DNA of 38,124 nt from the NCBI GenBank assembly GCA_049975265.1, contig JBNGDF010000021.1, positions 3,599 to 41,722 of the forward strand, in the 5' to 3' direction. A program made the position numbers and the translations under genes. This stretch comes from Fidelibacterota bacterium. Its GTDB lineage: Bacteria > Fidelibacterota > UBA2242. Shown here piece by piece: positions 9,944-18,005 of the stretch (position 1 is the stretch's first letter; the number at the start of each line of letters is the position of its first letter). The notes beneath the pieces were generated by a model that saw nothing but the letters and a program-made list of their open reading frames with translations, ran no database searches and was not told where the DNA came from.

Positions 9944-11119
9944 ATGAACCACAATAACCATTATCGGCGAATTTACATTTCGAAATCGGCTCTCCGGGAC
10001 GAAGCAACCGAGGCGATTCTCAGTAAATATCCGCGTCGAATTCAGCGTGTGATTCCTGATGACTATGACATTGCCGGCGAGACCGCCGGGATGGAACCGA
10101 AAACAGTTTTATGGCTCAACCGCTCAAAGGGCGATGTCGTCAAAAGCTGCCCCGGCACCGCCGAACAATATCTATGCTGTAATTATCAGGTCATTAACCA
10201 AACCCTGAACTGCCCCATGGGCTGCAGCTACTGTATTTTGCAATATTATCTCAATCAACCCGCGACAATAGTATACACCAATTTTGATGAAATCTTTACT
10301 GAGGTGCAAACAGAGCTTCAACGTCAGCCCCGGCGCTTTTTTCGGATCGGCACCGGTGAGCTGGGCGACAGTCTGGCGCTAGCCGGCTCGGCTCATTTTG
10401 CCAGGCGGGCTATCGAATGGTTTGCCGATATACCGAATGCATTGCTGGAGCTGAAAACCAAAACAACGGAGATTGAGGACCTGCTGAATTTGAGGCATGG
10501 CGGGCACACCGTCCTTGCCTGGTCACTCAATCCGCAGCCAATCATTGATCGGGAGGAACATAAGACCGCGCACCTGATGCCCCGATTAGCAGCAGCTAAA
10601 CGGGCGGCGGAAGCGGGTTACCTGCTGGCTTTTCACTTCGATCCGATATTGCATGTTCGGGATTGGAAGGAGCTCTACGGTGACCTGCTTGATGAACTGT
10701 ATCTGCAAATTGATCCCTCCCGGATTGCCTGGATCAGTATGGGGTCGCTGCGCTTTCCACCATCGATGAAAGCGAAAATAATCGCCCGTTATCCCCGGTC
10801 AACCGTCAGCTATGCCGAGATGGTGCGCGGTATGGACGGCAAACTGCGTTATCCGCGCCCTTTGCGTGTGCCGATGTATCGTTTTATATATCAAAGGTTG
10901 ACATCGATTTCATCACCGCCCTTCCTCTATTTTTGTATGGAAAGCCCGCTGGTCTGGCGCGAGGTTTTCGGCAGCGCCCCGGAAAGCAATGCCCATCTGG
11001 ATTTTATGTTTGCCGAAAGTCTGTACCGCCGTTTTCCGGGACTGCTGACCAAAGAGCCGCAACGAATAGATTATGAGCGGGGCTGGGGACTCGAAATGAC
11101 AGATAACGGGGAGCTCTAG
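9944..11119 (+). CDS. Spore photoproduct lyase-like radical SAM protein
   Basis: NCPMGCSYC (CxxxCxxC), IGTGELGDSL, LELKTK, AWSLNP, FHFDPI, DGKLRY and YFCMES motifs of the SplB-like family. Confidence 0.88.
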   Translation: MNHNNHYRRIYISKSALRDEATEAILSKYPRRIQRVIPDDYDIAGETAGMEPKTVLWLNRSKGDVVKSCPGTAEQYLCCNYQVINQTLNCPMGCSYCILQYYLNQPATIVYTNFDEIFTEVQTELQRQPRRFFRIGTGELGDSLALAGSAHFARRAIEWFADIPNALLELKTKTTEIEDLLNLRHGGHTVLAWSLNPQPIIDREEHKTAHLMPRLAAAKRAAEAGYLLAFHFDPILHVRDWKELYGDLLDELYLQIDPSRIAWISMGSLRFPPSMKAKIIARYPRSTVSYAEMVRGMDGKLRYPRPLRVPMYRFIYQRLTSISSPPFLYFCMESPLVWREVFGSAPESNAHLDFMFAESLYRRFPGLLTKEPQRIDYERGWGLEMTDNGEL

Positions 11120-11691
11120 TGGATAAAGTGATTTCTGCGGCGGGAGTTTCGCAGAATCTCGTTTAGCCAGAACAGCCCGATCAGGGTTTTGGCATCAGAG
11201 ATCTCTCCATTAAAGGCGGCGGCAATGGCGTCTTCAGCCGGGAGAGTAACAATGGCAAGATTTTCATCATCATCGGTGTGCTGCCGACTCGCTTTCAGGT
11301 TCCCGGCCCAGTAGAGATGCAGGAGCTCATTACTGTAGCCGACACAACTGTGAATCCGGCAGACCGGTAGCAGTCTGTCCGATTGGTAGCCGATTTCCTC
11401 TGCCAGTTCCCGCTGGACTGTATCGTCAGGCGATTCGCCGGGATCAATCTTGCCCGCAGGCAGCTCCAGCATCACTGCTCCGACGGGATAGCGATACTGT
11501 TTGACCATGATAATGCGATTGTCGCCCAGGTAGGGAATGGCAACAACGGCGCCGGGATGCTTAATGTACTCACGGGTGGATCGGCGTCCATCGGGTAATA
11601 ATATGTTGTCCCGGTAGACGTGCAGTAACCGCCCGGAAAAAACCTTCTGCGAGTCCAGTGTCTGCTCTGTAAAAAGTCCGTCTTTCACCAT
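11116..11691 (-). CDS. NUDIX hydrolase, ADP-ribose pyrophosphatase (NudF-like)
   Basis: Nudix box GKIDPGESPDDTVQRELAEEIG; HPGAV, QYRYPV and ISDAKT. Start at MVKDGL (11691) matches the typical family length. Confidence 0.9.
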   Translation of the reverse strand: MVKDGLFTEQTLDSQKVFSGRLLHVYRDNILLPDGRRSTREYIKHPGAVVAIPYLGDNRIIMVKQYRYPVGAVMLELPAGKIDPGESPDDTVQRELAEEIGYQSDRLLPVCRIHSCVGYSNELLHLYWAGNLKASRQHTDDDENLAIVTLPAEDAIAAAFNGEISDAKTLIGLFWLNEILRNSRRRNHFIH

Positions 11692-11733
11692 TCTGTGTAT
11701 CCGGAATCCGGATGATAATTGTGAAAAAGTATT

Positions 11734-11842
11734 GAGGAGAATGATCCAGAAAAGGGAGAAGTTCCCATGGATGGAGGGAATTAATTGGATGGAATCGCCG
11801 GGTGTAGATTGCCGACAATTCCGGAAATGGACCATTCTCCTC
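11734..11842. repeat. 15-bp inverted repeat closing a multi-stem structure
   Basis: GAGGAGAATGATCCA (11734-11748) pairs with TGGACCATTCTCCTC (11828-11842); the single mismatch is a G-U pair on the minus strand. Confidence 0.7.
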
Positions 11843-12017
11843 GTAGAATCGGATTATTCAAAAAACCAACAGCTCGTCAGGGTTCGTCGTTTGGGAGCGA
11901 CCCGGTATTCAATTTTGCCTTCGTAATATACGAAAATTTTCATCAAGCGGAACAAAAAATTTTTCCCCGAGTAGTTACTCTTGTCAGACTGGCTGCTAAA
12001 GTTCGGGGTGAGGCGGT

Positions 12018-12046
12018 TTGGATTTTTGCCATTGACCGTTTATACT
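12018..12046 (+). promoter_or_regulatory. Putative sigma70 promoter for the KamA-family gene
   Basis: TTGGAT, 17-nt spacer, TATACT; GAGAGGA RBS before ATG 12074. Confidence 0.45.
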
Positions 12047-12073
12047 ACCTGGTAATGGAAACAGAGAGGATAG

Positions 12074-13948
12074 ATGATGCAAAATATTTTTAATTATTTA
12101 GTAAACAATGACTTATCTGGTGATTATCAACGTACCGGCGGGCTGCTTTCACCCGGTGCGATGCGGCGTAAATGGGATGTTCTGTGGAGATTCAATCCCG
12201 ACATTCATTCCATTTTGCGGGATGCGGATGATCTGGAAGGCGCCCGCAAGGGGCTTCTTGAATATCTGAATCTCAGAGAGGCAAATATTCTGAATGATAC
12301 CGAACGCTACCATATACTAGAAAAGAGCACTATTCTGGAAGCAATAACCGTCTTCAAGGTGATAATTTCACGATCGGCAGAAAGGGAAACCGGGATCAGC
12401 AACCTTAGAATGTTGTACAAATTGTCCCGGGGCGAAGAGGTGGAGCTGTCGGAGGGTTTCATTCTGGAATATGTTCATCTGTTCAAGGCGATTGACGGCA
12501 AAGCCGAGGTATATAGTCATTCGAAGGTGCTGGATGAAGGCGCCGATTTTCATCAGAAAAGAGGGCGCGAGGCGGCAGTTCAGCGGTCCCGCACCCTGGA
12601 CCGGGAGGTTCGTCAGATAGATGACTTTCTGAGCAGATATCCCAGCGGTATGGAGCCGGAGGTGATTGAAGATCGCCGACGGCACAAAGGGAGGATTTTG
12701 CGCTATTTCGGTGCCACGGACGATGATTGGAACAACTATCACTGGCAGTTGAAACATGTCATCCGAAAAGCCGATGTGTTGAAAGAGATCATCAATCTGA
12801 CCGAGGAAGAGGAGCGTTCGATCCGGCTGGCGAATCAAAACCGGATACCTTTTGGGATTACTCCGTATTATGTCTCCTTAATGGATAAAAATTCGTCGCG
12901 GAAACGGGACCATGCCGTACGTGCGCAGGTGATTCCACCGCTCCATTACACCCAGACAGTGGCGGAGAATCGGGAATCCCGTTCGGAAATGTTTGATTTC
13001 ATGGGAGAATACGATACGTCACCGATCCCACTGGTAACCCGGCGTTACCCTCAGATTGCCATTCTGAAACCCTATAACACTTGCGCCCAGATCTGTGTTT
13101 ACTGTCAGCGTAACTGGGAGATCAATCAGGTGCTTGACCCGCACGCTTTTGCCCGGTCTGAAACGGTGGCAACGGCGCTGCAGTGGTTCGAGGAGCATCC
13201 GGCTATCCAGGAGGTGCTAATTACCGGCGGCGATCCGCTGGTCATGAGTGATGCCAAAATTCATACACTTTTAGAGCGTTTTGCCGCCATTGAACATATT
13301 CAGCGGATTCGGATCGGCACGCGCATGCCGGTAGTGCTGCCCCAGCGCTTTACCGACGATCTAGTAAATATATTGACTAAATATCACGAATTTGGGAAAC
13401 GGGAAGTCGCCGTGGTCACCCATTTTGAGCACGTCTGGGAAATCACGCCGGCTGCTGTCGAGGCGATAAAAAAAATCAGGGATCGGGGCATCGGGATTTA
13501 CAACCAGGCGGTTTTTACCTTTGAGAACAGCCGCCGGTTTGAGCTGGCTGCCCTGCGCCGGCAGCTGCGGCTGGCAGGGGTGGACCCCTATTATACCTTT
13601 AACGCCAAGGGCAAAGAGGAGACCCGTGCCTACCGGGTGCCGATTGCCCGGTTGCTGCAGGAGCGCAAAGAGGAAGCCCGGCTCCTACCGGGTCTCGACC
13701 GTACCGATGAGCCGGTCTTTAACGTCCCCCGACTGGGGAAAAATCACCTGCGCGCCGGGCAGGATCACCAGTTGCTGGCGATTCTACCCGATGGACGGCG
13801 ACTTTACCGCTTTTTACCCTGGGAAAAGAATATCAAGCTCGTTCCGACCTACGTCCACCGGGATGTCTCCATCTACGATTATCTAAAAATGCTACACAAG
13901 CGGGGTGAAGATATTGCAGATTACCAGACGATCTGGTACTATTACTAA
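12074..13948 (+). CDS. KamA-family radical SAM/PLP aminomutase, long form, glutamate 2,3-aminomutase-like
   Basis: WNNYHWQLKH, ITPYY, TRRYP, CAQICVYCQR, LITGGDPL, IRIGTRMPVVLPQRFT, THFEH, PYYTFNAK and FNVPRLGK motifs. Confidence 0.9.
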   Translation: MMQNIFNYLVNNDLSGDYQRTGGLLSPGAMRRKWDVLWRFNPDIHSILRDADDLEGARKGLLEYLNLREANILNDTERYHILEKSTILEAITVFKVIISRSAERETGISNLRMLYKLSRGEEVELSEGFILEYVHLFKAIDGKAEVYSHSKVLDEGADFHQKRGREAAVQRSRTLDREVRQIDDFLSRYPSGMEPEVIEDRRRHKGRILRYFGATDDDWNNYHWQLKHVIRKADVLKEIINLTEEEERSIRLANQNRIPFGITPYYVSLMDKNSSRKRDHAVRAQVIPPLHYTQTVAENRESRSEMFDFMGEYDTSPIPLVTRRYPQIAILKPYNTCAQICVYCQRNWEINQVLDPHAFARSETVATALQWFEEHPAIQEVLITGGDPLVMSDAKIHTLLERFAAIEHIQRIRIGTRMPVVLPQRFTDDLVNILTKYHEFGKREVAVVTHFEHVWEITPAAVEAIKKIRDRGIGIYNQAVFTFENSRRFELAALRRQLRLAGVDPYYTFNAKGKEETRAYRVPIARLLQERKEEARLLPGLDRTDEPVFNVPRLGKNHLRAGQDHQLLAILPDGRRLYRFLPWEKNIKLVPTYVHRDVSIYDYLKMLHKRGEDIADYQTIWYYY

Positions 13949-13974
13949 CAAGCTGTTACAGTGTCAGCAACTAC

Positions 13975-14003
13975 TTGAATGTTGGGAATAAATATGATAA
14001 CTT
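13975..14003 (+). promoter_or_regulatory. Putative sigma70 promoter for ppdK
   Basis: TTGAAT, 17-nt spacer, TAACTT with a TGn extended -10; GAGGT RBS before ATG 14051. Confidence 0.45.
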
Positions 14004-14050
14004 TTGCGCTAGGAAAAATAGAGATGAACAATTAATTAAAGAGGTATTTT

Positions 14051-16774
14051 ATGTCCAAATATGTGTATACGTTCGGTGCCGGAAAAGCCGAAGGAAGAGC
14101 CACCGATAAGAATCTATTGGGAGGTAAAGGTGCCAATCTGGCAGAGATGAACCGCATCGGTGTTCCGGTGCCAGCCGGATTTACGATTACGACGGAAGCC
14201 TGTACCATCTGGACAAAAGAGGGCGCGGAAAAAGCCGCTGCCCTGATAAAGGCAGAGGTGGAAGCCGGTGTGAGACATATTGAAAAGATCATGGGAGCCA
14301 AATTTGGTGACAAGGAAAATCCCCTGCTGGTATCGGTCCGTTCCGGCGCCCGGGTTTCAATGCCCGGTATGATGGATACCGTACTGAATCTGGGACTAAA
14401 TGATGAAACCGTTGTCGGGCTGGCGAAAAAATCCAATAACGAACGTTTTGCTTGGGATTCCTACCGGCGTTTCGTTCAGATGTACGGTGATGTGGTGCTG
14501 GGTCTGAAGCCGGAAAGCAAGGAGGATGTGGATCCCTTCGAGGAGATCATTGAATCCGTGAAAGAGGCTCGGGGAGTTGAACTGGATACCGAGCTTACCA
14601 CTGCAGACCTGAAGGATCTGGTGAAAAAATTCAAGGCAGCTGTCAAGAAAAATACCGGTCATGATTTTCCCACGGACCCCTGGGATCAGCTGTGGGGTGC
14701 CATCGGCGCAGTTTTCGGTTCCTGGAATAATGAGCGAGCCATTGTCTATCGACGCATGGAGAACATTCCGGACGATTGGGGAACCGCCGTGAATGTTCAG
14801 GCGATGGTCTACGGGAACATGGGTAAAAACTCCGCCACCGGTGTGGCTTTTACCCGGGACGCCGCCACCGGCGAGGATATTTTCAACGGAGAATATCTGA
14901 TTGACGCCCAAGGTGAGGATGTGGTAGCCGGCATCCGGACGCCGCAGCAGATTTCCCTGGAAGGTTCCAAACGATGGGCACAGCTGGCGAATATTTCCGA
15001 AGAGGAGCGCAAATCCAAATACCCCTCTCTGGAAGAGACAATGCCGGAGGTATACAAACAGCTCTTTGACATTGAGACCAAGTTGGAAAATCACTATAAA
15101 GACATGCAGGACCTGGAGTTTACCATTCAGGACGGAAGGCTCTGGCTGCTCCAGACCCGCAGCGGCAAGCGCACTGGTGCAGCGATGGTGAAAATCGCCA
15201 TTGATATGCTGGAGGCGGGTATGATAGATGAAAAGACCGCTGTCATTCGGGTTGCCCCGCATCGGCTTGACGAACTGCTGCATCCGGTATTTGACACTGA
15301 GGCGCTGGCTCAAGCAAAGGTGATCGCCAAGGGTTTACCGGCATCACCCGGTGCAGCCACCGGCAAGATCGTATTTTTTGCCGATGAAGCCCAGGAATGG
15401 GCAGCCCGGGACGAGAAGGTTATTCTGGTGCGGATTGAAACCTCTCCCGAAGACCTGGCGGGAATGCATGCTGCGAAAGGTATTTTGACAGCCCGGGGCG
15501 GGATGACATCCCACGCCGCGGTCGTTGCCCGGGGCATGGGCAAATGCTGTGTGTCCGGTGCCGGTAGTATTAAAATCAATTATAAAGCCCGTACCATGAC
15601 GGTTGATAGTCATACCTACAATGAGGGCGACTGGATTTCACTAAACGGTTCCACCGGTGAGGTCATGGAGGGAAAAGTCGAGACGAGAGACCCGGAACTC
15701 AGTGGCAACTTTGGCAAATTGATGGAGCTTTGTGACAAGTATACCCGGATGTATGTCCGTACCAATGCCGATACACCGAAAGATGCCCAGGTCGCCCGGA
15801 ATTTCGGCGCCCGGGGCATCGGTCTGACCCGCACCGAACACATGTTTTTCGAGGGTGACCGCATCAAGGCGATGCGGGAGATGATCCTGGCGGATGATGA
15901 AAAGGGTCGGCGAAAAGCATTGGAGAAACTCCTGCCGATGCAGCGGGGCGACTTTGAGGGTATTTTTGAGGCGATGGACGGTCTGCCGGTGACCATCCGA
16001 CTGCTGGACCCGCCGCTGCACGAGTTCGTTCCTCACGAAGAGGCGAATCAGAAAGAGATGGCGGAAGAGATGGGCGTTTCGGTGGAAGAAGTCCGGCACA
16101 AGGTCGAATCGCTGGCGGAATTCAATCCCATGCTGGGGCACCGCGGCTGCCGGCTGGGGATTACCTATCCGGAGATTACGGAGATGCAAGCCCGGGCGAT
16201 TATCGAGGCAGCGCTGAACTGCAAAGCCCGCGGTATTGACGCTATGCCGGAAATTATGGTTCCTCTCATCGGTACCAAGGCGGAATTTGTGAAGCAGGAG
16301 GAGATTATCCGAGCCACCGCCGAAAAGGTCTTTGAGGAGAAAGGCGATAAAATTGATTTCCTGGTGGGAACGATGATCGAAATTCCCCGGGCGGCACTGA
16401 CCGCCGATGAAGTGGCGGAAGCCGCCGAATTTTTCTCCTTTGGAACCAACGATCTGACCCAGATGACTTACGGCTATTCCCGTGATGATGCCGGTAAATT
16501 CCTGTCCATTTATATTGATAACGGAATTCTGGAGGTTGATCCCTTCCAGGTACTGGATCAGGTCGGCGTCGGGCAGCTGGTTGAAATGGGAACCAAAAAG
16601 GGACGACGTACCCGACCAGATTTAAAAGTCGGTATCTGTGGCGAACACGGGGGCGAACCGAGCTCCGTAAAGTTTTGCCACAGGGTCGGGATGAACTATG
16701 TATCCTGTTCGCCCTATCGGGTGCCGATTGCCCGTTTGGCGGCGGCTCAGGCGGCGATTGAAGAAGCAAAGTAG
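14051..16774 (+). CDS. ppdK: Pyruvate, phosphate dikinase
   Basis: GGKGANLAEM, SVRSGA, GEDVVAGIRTP, GGMTSHAAVVARG (phospho-His) and GICGEHGG; 907 aa. Confidence 0.98.
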   Translation: MSKYVYTFGAGKAEGRATDKNLLGGKGANLAEMNRIGVPVPAGFTITTEACTIWTKEGAEKAAALIKAEVEAGVRHIEKIMGAKFGDKENPLLVSVRSGARVSMPGMMDTVLNLGLNDETVVGLAKKSNNERFAWDSYRRFVQMYGDVVLGLKPESKEDVDPFEEIIESVKEARGVELDTELTTADLKDLVKKFKAAVKKNTGHDFPTDPWDQLWGAIGAVFGSWNNERAIVYRRMENIPDDWGTAVNVQAMVYGNMGKNSATGVAFTRDAATGEDIFNGEYLIDAQGEDVVAGIRTPQQISLEGSKRWAQLANISEEERKSKYPSLEETMPEVYKQLFDIETKLENHYKDMQDLEFTIQDGRLWLLQTRSGKRTGAAMVKIAIDMLEAGMIDEKTAVIRVAPHRLDELLHPVFDTEALAQAKVIAKGLPASPGAATGKIVFFADEAQEWAARDEKVILVRIETSPEDLAGMHAAKGILTARGGMTSHAAVVARGMGKCCVSGAGSIKINYKARTMTVDSHTYNEGDWISLNGSTGEVMEGKVETRDPELSGNFGKLMELCDKYTRMYVRTNADTPKDAQVARNFGARGIGLTRTEHMFFEGDRIKAMREMILADDEKGRRKALEKLLPMQRGDFEGIFEAMDGLPVTIRLLDPPLHEFVPHEEANQKEMAEEMGVSVEEVRHKVESLAEFNPMLGHRGCRLGITYPEITEMQARAIIEAALNCKARGIDAMPEIMVPLIGTKAEFVKQEEIIRATAEKVFEEKGDKIDFLVGTMIEIPRAALTADEVAEAAEFFSFGTNDLTQMTYGYSRDDAGKFLSIYIDNGILEVDPFQVLDQVGVGQLVEMGTKKGRRTRPDLKVGICGEHGGEPSSVKFCHRVGMNYVSCSPYRVPIARLAAAQAAIEEAK

Positions 16775-16794
16775 CTGCTGAATAATAGGATAGA

Positions 16795-16829
16795 AAAAAG
16801 GGGGCTTATCCGATGGGTAAGCCCTTTTT
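16795..16829. terminator. Bidirectional intrinsic terminator
   Basis: A-run, GGGCTTATC stem, loop, GGGTAAGCCC, then TTTTT, between convergent ppdK and the GAF gene. Confidence 0.85.
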
Positions 16830-16838
16830 GTATTCTCC

Positions 16839-17717
16839 CTATTTTTTCTCGTCTTTCGGATTGAAGCAGAACTCGGGATACAATTTCTGCATACAATCGG
16901 GACAAATGCCGTGGGAAAAGGCGGCATCGGTATGTTCGCTGATGTATTGTTCCACCTGATTCCAGTAACCCTTGTCATCGCGGATTTTTTTACAGTGGGA
17001 ACAGATCGGGATCAGACCGCTGAGCGTTTTTACTTTATTAGAAGCTTCCTGCAGCTGCCGTAACAGAGACTCTTTTTCCAGAACGGTTTTATGATATAAA
17101 ATAGCCTCCGTCACCTGTAGAGCAATATTATGAATGCGATCGATTTCCCAGGCTGTAAAGGCGGTTTTTCTGGAAATATCCAGAATCCCCAGCGCCGTGT
17201 CGCCGGACTTTAAGGGAAAGAGAACGACATGGGCAACGCCGAGCGCTTTTTGGAGAGCCGGGATAAATTTTTTGTATCTTGCATTGGTGGTGAATTCAGC
17301 GATGAGCCGGGAGATGCTGTCGAAATCATTTAAAATTGTCGGCTTGCCGGCGCGGAGAGTGCCGAAATAGAGACTGGCGGGAGTGTTCCGGATCGTAACG
17401 TCGGGCACCTTGATACCGAGAATGTTTTTGACGGTTTTCAGGGTTTTAGCGGGGATGGTGCTGGCCTGCATTATAAGTTGATTGTTGTCGTTACCAAGCA
17501 GATAGATGCCGACACCGTGGGTTTTGAAATGCTTGATAAAGAGTCGGGAGAGAGTAACAAAAATATCGGTCACCGGTTTTTTCTGAATGACGGCTGTACT
17601 GATTTTGTTGATGATCATCAGGTCGGCTGTTTCCGCGATTCGTTCGGAAAGAGTCTGCCGCAGTTTTTGAATTTCGGCGAGCAGCTCTGCCTTTGTAAGC
17701 GACTCATTATCGTTCAT
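16839..17717 (-). CDS. GAF-domain protein with C-terminal Cys-rich (ICxxCKKIR...FSHGICPxC) domain
   Basis: GAF-like core (GVGIYLL, VLFPL, LGILDI, FTAWEI), a coiled coil, then LSGLIPICSHCKKIRDDKGYWNQVEQYISEHTDAAFSHGICPDC. Start MNDNES (17717) preferred. Confidence 0.8.
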   Translation of the reverse strand: MNDNESLTKAELLAEIQKLRQTLSERIAETADLMIINKISTAVIQKKPVTDIFVTLSRLFIKHFKTHGVGIYLLGNDNNQLIMQASTIPAKTLKTVKNILGIKVPDVTIRNTPASLYFGTLRAGKPTILNDFDSISRLIAEFTTNARYKKFIPALQKALGVAHVVLFPLKSGDTALGILDISRKTAFTAWEIDRIHNIALQVTEAILYHKTVLEKESLLRQLQEASNKVKTLSGLIPICSHCKKIRDDKGYWNQVEQYISEHTDAAFSHGICPDCMQKLYPEFCFNPKDEKK

Positions 17718-18005
17718 ACCATCCGCCGAATAAATGGACAGAGAGAATACCGAAACCGATAAATTACCGCACGACATTTCTCCATCATAATAATACTACC
17801 AATTTTGTTGCTGGAAATTGTTAATTAATTTCAGTAATGTCAATAAAAATTTTATAAACAGACTCTTGAAATGTGATATTTGCCAATGGATTAACCGTAT
17901 TTTCTATGTACATTTATGGATGTTATTTTGGGAAAATGAAACGAGATATTTTTCATTGCAGCGGATAAAACCATTGTTGTTCATAAAAATATGGATTGGT
18001 GAGTG

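Noticed and set aside
11692..11835. 48-aa N-terminal extension of the NUDIX protein
   Set aside because: It is not protein-like, the SD-ATG spacing is too short, and it overlaps the inverted-repeat structure; 11691 is preferred.
11840..11905. Hammerhead or glmS ribozyme (CTGACGAG on the minus strand)
   Set aside because: No matching stem II plus GAAA, and no glmS AGCGCC or pseudoknot elements.
11730..12070. Lysine riboswitch upstream of the kamA-like gene
   Set aside because: The AGAGGxGC...AGTA...GAAAGG...GCCGAA core is not found, a promoter candidate lies right next to the gene, and the enzyme looks glutamate-type.
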